From: Octopus vulgaris
Lineage: Eukaryota
Reading direction: 5' to 3'
Length of the DNA stretch: 64,000 nt
Assembly (NCBI GenBank): GCA_951406725.2
Contig: OX597819.1
Coordinates: 50,840,001 to 50,904,000, forward strand
The position numbers and the translations under genes are program-made. The notes below the pieces were generated by a model. The model was not told where the DNA came from and did not search any database. It saw only the letters and a list, made by a program, of their open reading frames with translations. How positions within the stretch are numbered: position 1 is the stretch's first letter; each line of letters begins with the position of its first letter. Below, in pieces: positions 1 through 13,687 of this stretch.

Positions 1-88
1 ATTGATATCGATCCCAGTACTTAACTAGCTTTCAATCGAACCGAGAAAGGTGTCACCAATGCGGTCATTCAATATTGTATTATTCTCG

Positions 89-632
89 AGGTGATGAGCT
101 GGCAGAATCGTTAGTGCGCCGGACAAAATGTTTAGCGGCATTTCGTCCGTTTTGATGTTCTGAGTTCAAACTCTGCTGACGTCTACTTTGCCTTTCATCC
201 TTTCGGGGTCGATAAATTAAGTACCGTGGAGGTGCAATGGCCCAGTGGTTAGGGCAGCGGACTCGCGGTCGGAGCATCGTGGTTTCGATTCCCAGACCGG
301 GCGTTGTGTGTATTTATTGAGCGAAAACACCTAAAGCTCCACGAAGCTCCGACAGGGAGTGATGGCGACCCCTGTTGTACTCTTTCGCCCCAACTTTCTC
401 TCAGTGTTTCTTCTCGTTTCTTGAGTAACGCTGCGATGGACAGGCGTCCCCTCCAGCTAGGGGGGAACACATACGCTACAGAAACCGGGAAACCGGGCCC
501 ATGAGACTGGCTAGGCTTGAAAAGGGCGCATAAATAATAAAAATTCAGTATCAGTTGCGTACTGGGGTCGATGTAATCGACTAGCTCCTTCCTCCAAAAT
601 TTCGGGCTTTGTGCCTAGAGTAGAAAAGAATA
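89..632 (+). mobile_element. SINE family A (tRNA-derived, Meta-domain-like), interrupted by a family B SINE
   Basis: Head GGTGATGAGCTGGCAGAATCGTTAG, B-box GAGTTCAAA and core TTTGCCTTTCATCCTTTCGGGGTCGATAAATTAAGTACC. It resumes at ~541 (AAATTCAGTATCAGTTGCGTACTGGGGTCGAT). Confidence 0.85.
228..540 (+). mobile_element. SINE family B (tRNA-Arg-like head) nested in family A
   Basis: GGAGGTGCAATGGCCCAGTGGTTAGGGCAGCGGACTCGCGGTC...GTTTCGATTCCC (A and B boxes), an A-rich tail, and an imperfect ~12-bp TSD AAATTAAGTACC/AAATTCAGTATC. Confidence 0.85.
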
Positions 633-647
633 TTGTTAATATTCTTA

Positions 648-865
648 AGGCGATGAGTTGACAGAATCGTTATTACGCCGGACAAAATGCTTAGCAGCAT
701 TTCGTTCGTCTTGCAGTTCTGAGTTCAAACTCCGCTGAGGTTGACTTTGCCTTCCTTCATTTCAGTGTCGATAAAATAAATAGCGATTGAGTACTGTGGT
801 CAATGTGGTCGACTTAGGCCTTTCCCTGAAATTGCTGGCCTTGTGCTAAAATTTGAAACCGATAT
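648..865 (+). mobile_element. SINE family A copy
   Basis: Same head and core as the copy at 89-632. Confidence 0.8.
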
Positions 866-1482
866 CCTATCAGTCTATTATCGGTTTCAGCGAGAGACTG
901 AGGCCGTTCGGGGGGGGGGGGGGACTGCCATTAATTATATGCGTTCCCCACCTCAACCTGCGACCCTCAGCTATGCTAGAAACAGCTAAATATCTCTCAA
1001 AATTACCTGAGAATGAAGAACACACTGGGTATTGTTCCTGATACCTCTAAAATCACAGGCTGACGACGATCGGCAGCTGTTTGATTATGATTTTGATTTT
1101 ACTTTTGATGGTTCGGATTCGATCTGGGGCGGACCCCCCCCCCCAACAACAACAACAACACTACCACCAACACCACCACCAACACCACCACCAACACCAC
1201 GACGACGACGACAACAACAACAACAACAACAAGAAAAACCTTAACATTAACAGTCACAACAACAACTAGCAAGTTTTATGTCGGCCTCGAAGTGCTTCAG
1301 TTGTATTTGAACCCGGAACGTAAAGAGTGGTAGAAAACGTTTAGTACAGTTATCTGTAGTCGCTGCTGCTCCACTGATCTTAGGGTTTATTTAAACATTT
1401 ATCTGGAATTGAGTCTCGTTAGTCCTTGTAAGGTAAAATCTACTTTTCATTCCTACTTAGTGTTAAATATAGAAGGAGCAAG

Positions 1483-1545
1483 GAGAAGAAGAAGAAGAAG
1501 AAGAAGAAGAAGAAGAAGAAGAAGAAGAAGAAGAAGAAGAAGAAG
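1483..1545. repeat. (GAA)n microsatellite
   Basis: Read directly. Confidence 0.95.
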
Positions 1546-1639
1546 ACAATATGATTGAGTGGAGACTTATATCGTATGATTATTTTAAAAGAAACTTTTA
1601 AGATTGGTACAAGGTCACAAATATGAAGCAAGAGGTTAA

Positions 1640-2215
1640 TCGATTGAACTGACTCCAGTATGTGACTGGTACTTCATTTTATCGATCTCGGAAGAATGTA
1701 AAGGAATAGTTTAAATCTCGACAAGATTTGAACTTCAGAACGTAATGTCACGGAACAACATACCGACGCTCAATTTTGATAATCCGCCACCCTTAAATTC
1801 CTTATAAGATTAACTTTTTAGTCAATAACGCTGACTCCATCATGTGAGTGATATAGCATTTTACCAATCTCAAAGAAAAAAACCCCAGTAAACTGAACGC
1901 GTCGGGATTTGATCTTTGAATGTAGAGAGAAGGAAACAACAAAGGACTTTATATGATGCTCTAACACTCCGCCAATTCGTCAACTCGCAGCCGGGGTATA
2001 AAAAATAATTGGTTGTAATATAAGCACAACGCTTGAAAGATGAGTGGGGTAGGTTGTTAGTTGATATCCTCGATTCCAGTGTTTAAATGGCACTTAATTA
2101 TATCGGCCTCGAAAGAACGAAGGGCATACTTCATTTCAGTGGGATTTGAACTCAGAACGTATAGGGCCAGAAGAAATACGTCAAGGCTAATGATTCTAAC
2201 AATACACCGCCTAGA
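1640..2215 (-). mobile_element. Cluster of about three decayed family A SINE copies
   Basis: Repeated reverse-complement motifs such as GGTACTTCATTTTATCGA and ATTTGAACTCAGAACGT. Confidence 0.65.
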
Positions 2216-2290
2216 TAAAGGATAATTTCCTTCCCGAAATTTCAGGCCTATTCTAGAGGGTTGAAATTTGGGGAAGGAGATTAGCCGCCG

Positions 2291-2291
<1 letters not shown>

Positions 2292-2328
<37 letters not shown>

Positions 2329-2426
2329 TTCTTCTTCTTCTTCTTCTTCTTCTTCTTCTTCTTCTTCTTCTTCTTCTTCTTCTTCTTCTTCTTCTTCTTC
2401 TTCTTCTTCTTCTTCTTCTTCTTCTT
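2292..2426. repeat. (CAT)n(CTT)n compound microsatellite
   Basis: Read directly. Confidence 0.95.
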
Positions 2427-2429
2427 CCA

Positions 2430-2891
2430 ATCAGAACTCACGCCATTAGCCACAAAGATTAATCTCTAATTCGAGCCTACTCTAAGCTACTAAGAATGCG
2501 TGTGGCAACTTGAAGATCCACCCACCACATGGTTGCATGGGCGCGAAAGCTACGTTGTTATCCTCATTCCGTAAACGGTGGCTTTTAACGGGTGGAGAGC
2601 TGAACCATCCTGGGGTACAGAAGATTCGCGATGTAGACTAGGGTCTGAAAGTTTACCACACAATAGTGGATTACACCATGGTTCCTCTGCTTTGTGGCAG
2701 AAGTAGGAAGAAAGAGTGAGAGAAAGTTATGGTGAAAGAGTACAGCGGGGTTCACCACCACACCTGTTGGAGCCTCGGGGAGTTTAGGTGTTTTTGCTCA
2801 ATAAACTCTCACAATGCCTGGTCTGGGAATCGAAACCGCGTTCTTAGGACCGCGAGTCCGCTGCCCTAACCACTGGGCCATTGTGCCTCCA
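2430..2891 (-). mobile_element. SINE family B copy with a different 3' tail
   Basis: 2700-2891 is the reverse complement of 228-420. 2430-2700 is unrelated to the tail of the other copies and runs into (GAA)n. Confidence 0.75.
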
Positions 2892-3685
2892 CAGCCGCTG
2901 TCATTGACCCCAGTATTTGATTCATGCTTGTGTTAGCGTCCCAGGAGGGTTGAAAGGCAGGATTTAAACAAAGAATGTAAAAGAGTCGCAATGAATACCG
3001 ACGTGCAAACGGCTGTGTCAGTCTACTCTCGCTTCTTCGACGATGATAATTACTTTTAGATAAATTTGTAGGTAATTTCATCGCCCCTTATCTGGAAGGG
3101 AAAAAGTATGGCGAAATGAGTAACCGAGAGGGAGAGAGAGAGAAAGAGAAAGAGAGAAAGAAAATTAAGGAGAGAAGGAAAGAGAGAGGGAGAGAGAGAG
3201 GAGTGAGAAAATGAAGAAAGTTACTGGAATGAACTAGAAAAGAATATGGAAGTATGCAAGGGAGAAGCAGTGAGAGCTGAGAAGAGGGGTAGTGAGAGAG
3301 AGATATAGAAAAAGAGAGGGAAAGAGAGAAGGAGGGAGAAAGAGAAGGAGGGAGAAAGAGAAGGAGGGAGGTAGAGTGAGAGAGAGAGAGAGAGCAGATG
3401 TTCAATTATCAAATGTGATGATTTCAGTAGAGAACTTTTATCTTTACATAAAAAAGCACATGACCACGCACCCATACGCACACATTAAGGTTTATACACA
3501 TACACATACGGGTACAAATATGCTATCACTCTCTCACACATGCATGCAAGCACACACTCACGCACGGCGCGCAGCGTAACGCACGCATGCACTCAACTAA
3601 ACGTACAAATACACACGAATGCTTCTCTGCGTAAATACTAACACATAACCATCGACCACATAAAACCGCTCGTTCTTTCTTCCCT

Positions 3686-3732
<47 letters not shown>

Positions 3733-4095
3733 GCACATACACACACTCACTCATTGGCACATTCACTCACTCATACACACATATAGACGCACGATAAAAT
3801 CAAATGATAAACGAAACAGATTTGAGTTTTGGCATGTCAAGGTACCAATCAGTAAAAGAATGATAGTGAGAAAGAGAGAGAGAGAGAGAGGGAGAGAGAG
3901 GGAGAGAGAGAGAGGGAGACAGAGAAGAGAGAGAAATGAAGAAAGACAAGCACAGAAAGATGTGAGTGTGTAAGTGTATGCGTTTATAAGAATGTGCGTG
4001 TGTGACAGAAACGAATAGAACGAGCGAGATGCATGTTACGCCTTTGTGTTCGCGTGTCTGTGGGTGTGCATATACATGTATGTATATGTATATAT

Positions 4096-4182
<87 letters not shown>

Positions 4183-4399
4183 GAAAGAGAGCTTGAGATA
4201 GGGAGAGGGAGAGTTGAACATTAAAAAAAGTTAGAGTTAAAGGAGGATGAGACAAAGAAACGGAAGGCAAAAAAAAAGGCAAATATAAAAAAATAAAAGG
4301 TAAAAAAAACCAATTAGACCAAGGAACCTGGAAACAAATAGCTTAAAGTGGATGAGATGTGAGAGGTTAAAAATATAAAAAAAAAAGAATAAAATAAAA

Positions 4400-4620
4400 A
4401 TTGGTTGACAGAATAGTTTGTGTTGTGTTCATTTGATAGATCGATCCCTTGGACGTCATTGAAATCGATAACGTGCCAATTCCTTGCCATCAATTTATTC
4501 GCATGTGTTCCGAGTCAATGGAACAAAATCTTTTCTAACGACCGCGAAATGTAGTTGGTCTTTTAAGCCGCCATCTTTACGCTGTCTTCGTTACATTAAA
4601 AGTCTTCTGTCGGTCGTTGT
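4400..4620. promoter_or_regulatory. Candidate cis-regulatory island
   Basis: Unique sequence with TGACAG (Meis-type, 4406), TGATAGAT (Pbx-Hox-type, 4434), GACGTCA (4452), CCATCAATTTAT (4487) and GCCGCCATCTT (YY1-type, 4567). Confidence 0.35.
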
Positions 4621-4958
4621 ACCGTTGTAATAGTCGATTACGCTGTTGCTGTTGTTACCGATTTTGCCTGTTGTTGTATGTTGTTGTTGTTGTTATTATT
4701 GGTTACTGTCGTTGCTTTTGTCGGTACCGTTTTTACCAATTGTAGCTGATGTTGTTGATGTTGACATTATTGTAATCATTGGTATTTATTATTTTGGTTG
4801 ATGTCGATGTTTGCTGTTGGTTTATCATTTTATAATTTTCAATATTTTTTAGTGATGTTACTGTTGTTGCTATTGTTGTTGTTGTTGTTGCTGTTGAACA
4901 ATTTTTTCCGGTTCGTTTTGTTGCTGTTGTTGTTGATGCTGATGTTTGTTGGGCTTGT

Positions 4959-5016
<58 letters not shown>

Positions 5017-5064
5017 GATTGTGGTGGTGGTGTTTAGTGTGATAGTGGTTAGGGAGGTAGTTGT

Positions 5065-5120
<56 letters not shown>

Positions 5121-5481
5121 AAGTAGGATTTTGTCGTTGTTGGAATCGCCCTCTACCCTCTACAACTGGCACCCAGGTTTCTTGTTACTGTTGCTTGCAT
5201 TTGTTGTTGTTGTAACTACTTTCTTCTGTAGTTCTAAAACATAGTTACTGTTCCCCCGATTGTTGATCATCATAACCATCGTCGTCATCATCATTCTTAT
5301 TGTTATTGTTATTTTTAATGGTGCTACTGTTGCCTAAATCTTCAGGGGAAGAGGATAATTATTTTATTTATTTATTTCTAATTTATTATTGTCTTTTTTT
5401 TTTAAATTTTACTACTGATGTTCAAAATTGTCACTGTTTTTCTGTAACTGTAGTTGTATTTTTTAAAGTTAATTTCCTTGA

Positions 5482-5512
<31 letters not shown>

Positions 5513-6473
5513 TTCGTTCCCCCACATTTTTTGTTAGTTTCTTTTCAATTTAACTTTATTTAATTCTTTGATTCCATTTGCCTGATTCTACCATTCCTCT
5601 TCACCAGAGATTGCTAATCAATTAACCAGATTCCATCGAACCTGTAATTCCCAACAAGAAACAACCAAATTACAGAACGGCTTACCAAACACGTTTTCTG
5701 CATTTACTCTTCCTTTTCCTTCCCTCTCTGTCTTTCCTTTTTTTCTTCTTCTAGAACCTTGATGATTGCATTATATGTGTAAGGTATCGACTGCTTGTAT
5801 GTTAAAATCCTCACTAATATTGGTACGGTTTCGATGCTTCGTTGAAACTATTTTATTAATTTTTAATTTCGGATTCACTGTATAGAAACAGGGACTCAAA
5901 TTTCGGCGAAAGGACAGTATATTCAGGATTTTAATGGTGCTTTATTTCATCGACACCTTCAAGGATGAATGGGAAAGGTGACCTCGGTGGAATTGGATTT
6001 CAGAACGTAAACCAATAACGCAAAGCATTTCGTTCGACAATTTTAGAAATTCGCCAATCTTCTACCATTTTTAAGGCAGGTTTATTTATACTCGTACATG
6101 CAATCTTACTACGCTCATATGTCAATGCACACATGCACACACACACTCACACACACACAGACACACACAAACACACACACACACACATACACACACATAC
6201 GCGCTCACACAAATATATAGACCTACAGAGGATCTGTATAGCAAAACAACAAAACGAAATATTTGAGCAAGCTAACTAACTCATACATTTCATGCATGTG
6301 TGTGTGTGTGTATGTGTGCGTGTGTAATATAATATATATCGGGAGAAAGAGAGAGATACATACAAGTATACATCTGTATGAGTATATATAGTTAGATAGG
6401 TAAATCCCTCTGTCTATTCATCTATTTATGTATGTGTGTGTAAGTATATATATATAAATATATATATATATAC

Positions 6474-6538
<65 letters not shown>

Positions 6539-6539
<1 letters not shown>

Positions 6540-6916
6540 TAGCAGTATCACCCGGCGTTGCTCAGGTTTGTAAGGAAATAACTATAAAGGATTTTTAGAG
6601 AGTTATAGTCAAAAAATAGCAAAAAAAATGGAAAAAAATGATGGTAAATTTTTTTTGAGAGTTAAAAAGGGTGGAGTTGCATCCCTAGACAGTTTGTGGT
6701 TTGTGTTTCTGATTCTCGACCCATGTCGAATTTATCGATTTTTCAGAACTGGGGGAACTTTTCAAAATTTTCGCTGCGTTAGTTTTGAATTATGACATTG
6801 GGCTATGTGTGTGTCAAGTTTCATCAGAATCGGTTGAAAGCCGTGGTCAGGGTGAGGGTACAAGCAAACAGACACACAGAAACACACACAGACAAACTGC
6901 CGTTTATATAGAGAGA
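6539..6916 (-). mobile_element. Non-autonomous Helitron
   Basis: The minus strand starts TCTCTCTATATAAACGGCAG and ends with hairpin CCTGAGCAACGCCGGG followed by CTAG. It sits between A and T. Confidence 0.85.
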
Positions 6917-6939
6917 TATATTGTAGTAAGGAAGGTAAA

Positions 6940-7579
6940 CAATTAGTGAAGGCAGCAATAAGGTATTTAAATTCATTTAATTCATTCCAAAATAGTAAAA
7001 TAGTACAGGACTGGTAGAAATAGTAGAGAAAATCTCTGACAGCTTTTTATGGGATATCCCGGTTACTGGATCATCGTATCGATTGAAGACTTTATAAACC
7101 GAGTACTCCGTCATCGGAGTAATGTACGAAGAACTGTATGATAGACAGTGGAAAGAAAGCTCTTCTTGAATGCGGTTCATTATAATTCATTATGTTCAGG
7201 AGGGTAGGGTTCAGTTAAATCGATTTGAATGTATACATCCTTATGTAAAACCTTAGGTGAATCTATTATCAAATGTGTGGTTAGTTAGTGTATCAAGTGT
7301 ATCAAGGTGAAAAAAGGAAAAGAAACTGCAATCTGTTGAAAAGTCGCGTGAATAACGAGAGTATGAATAAGTAAAGCGTTCTAGTATAAGAGAAAGAAAA
7401 AGATAGATAGATATAAGCATTATATTAGATATATAGTGTTCTGTACATTATAGGGTGTTTAGTCCTGAGCGAGGAGACGGGAAAGGAATTTATAGATAAT
7501 ACATTCTGATATGAGAAAGATAAGTAGTTCTATATAGTGAGGTTTATTACGTCACGGGATCATTAGAGAGAGAGTGAGA

Positions 7580-7626
<47 letters not shown>

Positions 7627-8250
7627 TGGGAGAGAGAGGATGGGGTAAGGCTAGCAGATTGACATTCCCATTCAAAGAAGATGGGTGTGGGTGAATGTAA
7701 AAACCGACAGATAAGAGAGGGGATGAAACAGGGCAGATGCCAGATTTCAGGTCTAAGGTCTCAAAACGAGGGTGAGAATTGTGGATAAAAAAGTGGACAT
7801 AAGAAAGATAATAGAGAAGTGTAGATATGGGTGATAAAATCTTAATGGGATGGATATGTATTGTGTAGTAGCCACTAATGAAATCTTAGTTTTGCGTCAT
7901 CAGAGAAATTTAGGTTAGATAGTGGAGCAAGTTCCTCATCAATGATATATGTTGTGGTTGGATAGTTGGAGGGTCCAATTAGGAGGATTGGAGGGTCCGC
8001 TTAAATCCAGTTAGATCAGGTTTTTAGGTAAATAAATCCATGATCAAAAAGAATAGTTAAGTGGTACAGCATGGTGAGATGAAGGAGGGAAAGAATTGTT
8101 TCGCAGTGCTCCATATTGAGTGAAAAGGAAAATGAATGCTAGTATATCTAAAGTTGTGTATGGAATAAAGATACATTCTGGTGAGCCTATTTGAGCACCC
8201 AGAACGCATACCTATTAGTTTGAGACGTCCCGACGAAAGCCCCTCAAATC
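6940..8250 (-). mobile_element. Probable Penelope-like element remnant ending in a decayed hammerhead (7034-7120)
   Basis: Minus strand CTCCGATGA-long hairpin-ATAAAAAGCTGTCAGAG resembles the GAAACAGCTGTCAGA end at 46985. The upstream extent is uncertain. Confidence 0.45.
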
Positions 8251-8957
8251 CTCTCTCCTTATGTATATAAGATCAAAAACCCAAATAAGGTAGCTTGTTC
8301 ATAGTAATGTATAATAAATTTGCTAAAACAAAAAGTGGACAAAACGTCAGAAACTGGTGTTTCTTGTTCATTCCATGTTCCATGAGCTAAGCTCGCTCTC
8401 TGCAGATCGTATGGGAACTGATAATCACCGTAGAAACTAGTCTAAATGTTCTCCGTTACTCTGAACCCTGAGTCACATGGCTTAACATTGGGTCGGTGAG
8501 CACAACGAGCTTAAAGACATGTTTATTAAACATTGCCACGTAAATCTATTCAGAAACTTTTGAATTTAGTGTTGTATGTATACATATATATACGAATGTT
8601 CATATTAGGGACACTGTGTTGGTGTGTGATAGAGAGAAGAGTAGAGTGTACAATTAATGGTGCAACTATATATAAAGTGAAAATAAAAATGGATAAAATG
8701 TAGGACCTAATTTTATGTCAAAATTATATTTACTGTTTATTTCTAATTAATACATTATTAAATCACAGAAGATCATTAATATTTAAAAGTAAACTCAACG
8801 ACAATGCACTTTAAGTTTCATTACCTTACTTGATACATACATACAGACATACATACATACTTTATACATACATACAGACATATGTATATATATATATATA
8901 TAAACATATATACAAATGTATAAATATATATGCATAAATATATATATACATATATTT

Positions 8958-9360
8958 AGTGACTGTGTGGTAAGTAGCTTGCTTACCAACCACATGGTTC
9001 CGGGTTCAGTCCCACTGCGTGGCACCTTGGGCAGGTGTCTTTTACTATAGCCTTAGGCCGACCAAAGCCTTGTGAATGGATTTGGTAAACGGAAACTAAA
9101 AGAAGCCCGTCGTATATATGTATATATATGCGTGTGTGTATTTGTGTTTCTGTGCTTGTACCTCCACCCCACCGAAAATCGCTTGACATGCAATGCTGTT
9201 GTGTTTACATCCCCGTAACCTAGCGGTTCAGCAAAAGGTGACCTATAGAATAAGTACTAGGCTTACAAAGAATAAGTCCTGGGATCGATTTGCTCGACAA
9301 AAAGGTGGTGCTCCAGTATGGCCGCAGTCAAATGACTGAAACAAGTAAAAGAATAAAAGA
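8958..9360 (+). mobile_element. SINE family D (tRNA head, CORE-like segment, internal TA/TG repeat)
   Basis: GTGTGGTAAGTAGCTTGC...GGTTCAGTCCC...CACCTTGGGCAGGTG; tail CAGTCAAATGACTGAAACAAGTAAAAGA. Confidence 0.85.
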
Positions 9361-9619
9361 ATATATATATGCATATTGCAGTTTTTCTTATAAGACTGAC
9401 AGTGGTAGTTTAGTTGAACCCTTGGCGTTAAAGAACCGCTAATGAGGATTAAGATGGCCGACTTCAAAATCCGAAATAGCGATCCGGCTATGTACGCTGG
9501 GGAGTTATCTCTCTTTGTCAGTCAAGACAGTGTGCTTGTAGTTTTGAGTCAGATTAACTCTTATCTTTAGCAAAAGTGGTGCTAGGCGGTATCAATATAA
9601 TATACATATATATTATATA

Positions 9620-10020
9620 GGCACAGGAGTGGCTGTGTGGTAAGTAGCTTGTTTACCAACTACATGGTTCCGGGTTCAGTCCCACTGCGTGGCATCTTGG
9701 GCAAGTGTCATCTACTATAGCCTCGGGCCGACTAAAGCCTTGTGAGTGGATTTGATAGACGGAAACTGAAAGAAGCCCGTCGTATATATGTATATATATG
9801 CGTGTGTGTGTTTGTGTGTCTGTGTTTGTCCCCCTAGCATTGCTTGACAACCGGTGCTGTTGTGTTTATGTCCCCGTTACTTAGTGGTTCGGCAAAAGGG
9901 AAAAATAGAATAAGTACTGGGCTTACAAAAGAATAAGTCCCGGGGTCGAGTTGGTCGATTAAAGGCGGTGCTCCAGCATGGCCGCAGTCAAATGACTGAA
10001 ACAAGTAAAAGAGTAAAAGA
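9620..10020 (+). mobile_element. SINE family D, full length
   Basis: Closely similar to 8958-9360 from head to tail. Confidence 0.9.
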
Positions 10021-10202
10021 GAGAGAGAGAATATTGATATATATATATATATATATATATATGTGTATATATGTATATATATATATGTGTATATATCTAT
10101 CTATATATATGTATGTATATATATATCAAATAATACAATAATTATATGCATAATTATAACAAGGGATTGAAAAATATGTATCCCTCTCTCTCACTCTCCT
10201 TC

Positions 10203-10266
<64 letters not shown>

Positions 10267-10559
10267 ACACACACACACACACAAATACGCATTTTTGTGC
10301 ATATATCTATACAATTTTATACACCTACGCTAATATAAAATATATATGTATACATATATATAAATATTTACATTCATGTATACATAGACACACATATTCA
10401 TTATGTAATAATTAACAACAAACCACGCGTGTAACAACAAAAGAGCTACAACTGAATACCATTAAAATAGAAATATATACATATATGAACAGGGATAGAT
10501 AGACAGACATCGTGGCAGATAGACAGGTATATATATTTATACATACATGCACACACAGA

Positions 10560-10641
10560 CAGATAGATATATAGATAAATAGATAAATAGATAAATAGAT
10601 AAATAGATAGATAGATAGAAAGATAGAAAGATAGATAGATG

Positions 10642-10697
<56 letters not shown>

Positions 10698-10715
10698 TAT
10701 ATAGATAGATAGATT

Positions 10716-10790
<75 letters not shown>
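10560..10790. repeat. (ATAG)n microsatellite
   Basis: Read directly. Confidence 0.95.
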
Positions 10791-11144
10791 TCGCAAGATA
10801 TAAAGAAGAAACAGTGCTTTGTCAGTAATCAGTAAAATTATAACAGAAATAAACCGTAAAACAATGTTTACAAAATCCTAAGATCAAAAGTGTTCATTAT
10901 AGCTACCCCACGTATTATATTTATTATTAGACACCAAAAGCTATTAAGGATTTATGATCAAGTTAATGTGAATTGTACAATGTTCAGTTAAGCATTTTAT
11001 TTACGTCAATACAGTACGGAGGCAAAGGATTCACTCCAGTGAAGTCTCTATGCTATGATATTAATTTACTTCTCTAAAATAGGATGGTTCTGCAGCATGA
11101 AACCGTTCGGTAACTTAAATAGGCTGTGATGACAATTTAGTTGC

Positions 11145-11209
<65 letters not shown>

Positions 11210-11929
11210 AAGGGTTTTGGTCACTAATGATCTAAACCAATAGATAAGATGCGTAAGTGCTACTGTCCACACGAGCATTATATGCTTAACAAACAAACAT
11301 TTTAGCATTCAATATACATTTAATGCAAATGCTACAAACAACACGTTACATGCGATCGCCAGTACATGTTCCCACCACGTCTTTTTGTACACATAACATG
11401 CCCCCTCTTTTACATGGTTTTCTTTTGGGTATAACGCGATTTTCTTGAATTTTCAGTAATTTTCTTGAATTTTCAGTAATTTTCTCTGTTTTCAATGTTT
11501 CCATAACAGAAGCGAAGTTACTGGAGTTTGCTTTCATATTTACACAGAACACAGAACATAGCGTCAAATTTGTCAACACATGCTTCCTCGCAGATAAAAG
11601 ACTTTTCAAAGACTACTGTCAGCACGAGCTTCCTCATAGATAAAAATCTTCAAAGATTGTTACTATGGCAACAGGCACGCTGCCAAAAATTTTCTCATGT
11701 ACTGCTTCTTACTATCGAAACAGGCATGAATATGTCTGTGGCTTACGATTGGCTAAAATTACCAAAGTTTTCAAACTTTAATTAATAATGACTTTATGTA
11801 TTGACTTACACCTTCACGTCATTAATTAGCCTATAAAAGTGTATCATTACACTGAATATGAAATCAATTCGAACAGAATTGATGCTGGCAGCCAAACTGA
11901 CAAGATCACATAGAGATAATCTTTATATG

Positions 11930-12860
11930 GTCAATAGGACATTTTATACCACGACGACAACATCACATTTTGCATATGACTGTGTATCTGTCTGTGACTG
12001 TATGTATGTAATTCTATGACTGTTTATATGTCTCATAAAGCGTGTGTCTTTCCGCGTTGGGTACGCTATCAAACACACACACATCTACACTTATATATAT
12101 ATGTAACGGGATGTTATTAAAGACACACACATCGGCACATACATATACATATGAGACGACTGACGACGACGACGTTACATTTTCTACATGACTGTATCTG
12201 TCTGTAAACGCATGTGTGTGAGTGTATTAGGGTGTATATGTTTCAGTGTTAGTGTCTTTCCTCGTTAGATATGTTATTAAACATACTATATGTATGTGAG
12301 GGTTGGTCAGCGTCAATACGAAAATTTATTTCCATTTTGATTATTTTCATTTCATTTCATTTCGATTAAAACAATATTACCTTTCATAGTGATAACTTTT
12401 CTATTGTCAACAGGACATTTTATAGCACGACGACAACGGCATTACATTTTGTATATGTATGTTTAATAACGTACCTACCACGAAAAGACACACAGACTAT
12501 GAGACATACACACACATTACACTTACACACACTTACACACATGTGTGTAAGTGTATGAGTGTGTATATGTCTCATAGTGTGTGTGTCTTTCCGCGGTAAG
12601 TACGTTTTAAAACATGCACACATCTACACATATATATACATATGTAACGGCTTAATGCATGAATGTGTGTCTCTGTGTGACTATCTTAGTATATGTATGT
12701 GAGTGTATGTCAGGAACATTTTATACGACGACGACGACGACGTCACATTTTTTATATGAGTATATATCTATCTGTATATGAGTGTGTATGTGTCTGTGAG
12801 TGTGTGTGTTACCACTTTAGGTACGTTATTAAACACACACACTGGCATGCATTAATGTGT
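11930..12860. repeat. Diverged tandem repeat, about four units of 200-300 bp
   Basis: Recurring ACATTTTATA..ACGACGAC..CACATTTT and GTGTCTTTCCGCG..GTACGTTATTAAACA motifs near 11940, 12160, 12415 and 12715. Confidence 0.7.
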
Positions 12861-13687
12861 ATATGTGAGTGCTAGAGGTGAAACTCTTGAAAAAAAAGGA
12901 ACGAGGTGGCAAGGTCCAAGGTATATATAAAAATACACATTTACTGTTCTATTGCCAGTTAATAATTATCGCAGCAGTTGCAATGTTGCAAGTTATCTAC
13001 AATTACATATTTACCCTTACAATAAAAAATTTATCCTACATATATATAATTCTTTGTCTCTCTGTAATAATTATTGTGGCATATACAGTTAAATTAGCAG
13101 TTCCATACATATGCTTCTGTTTCGTTCATTTGCTTATATTTCGTCAATTTACACTGCATACAAAAATACAGACATACTATATTACATACCACACGGTAAG
13201 CCATTATGTCTTATATGTTCAACTAATTAATTGCTACATATTCTCATGTGTCTGTGTAGGCTCCCTTTATGTTTCTTATTCTACAGCCACACTAGCAATC
13301 CAGTGTCAAGCCTTCGCCTTCTGCAAAATTTCAACAGTTCACTTCCCCGTTGCGGTCTCCATTGCAGCTCATTTCCGGAATGTGCCCATTTACATGCAAT
13401 ATTTTCATTATACCTTCATTCATACAATGGGTCGTGTTAGACGCAGCGCCGATCGCCTCAAAGGCGAGTATGTCTACTGACAGCTTTTCGGCGGGTTAAA
13501 AAATTACATACCCACCACTTCCAATTTTCCATGATAGGTTAGGGCCTGGAATCCTCCAAACGGACGAATTACATGTCACTTAGTCGAATTATGCCATCAT
13601 TTAGTCTACAAGTGTTTTGTTTTCAATGCTGCATTTTCCCGTATCAACATAACTGTATCATATATATATATATGTATATATATATAA

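Noticed and set aside
228-302. tRNA-Arg-like gene (also at 2818-2891, 34476-34550 and 55820-55880)
   Set aside because: These are SINE heads that run on into shared SINE bodies and do not form a clean cloverleaf.
5640-5680. Possible pre-miRNA hairpin
   Set aside because: Only an 8-bp stem, and no match to a conserved miRNA that I recognise.
8415-8445. CTGATAA...GAAACTAGTC, and similar weak motifs at 19660-19772 (-) and 53099-53130 (+)
   Set aside because: Core mismatches and no helix I. They may be dead copies but I cannot support that.
12869-13480. 203-aa hydrophobic ORF
   Set aside because: It starts at GTG, has AT-driven composition and shows no recognisable domain.
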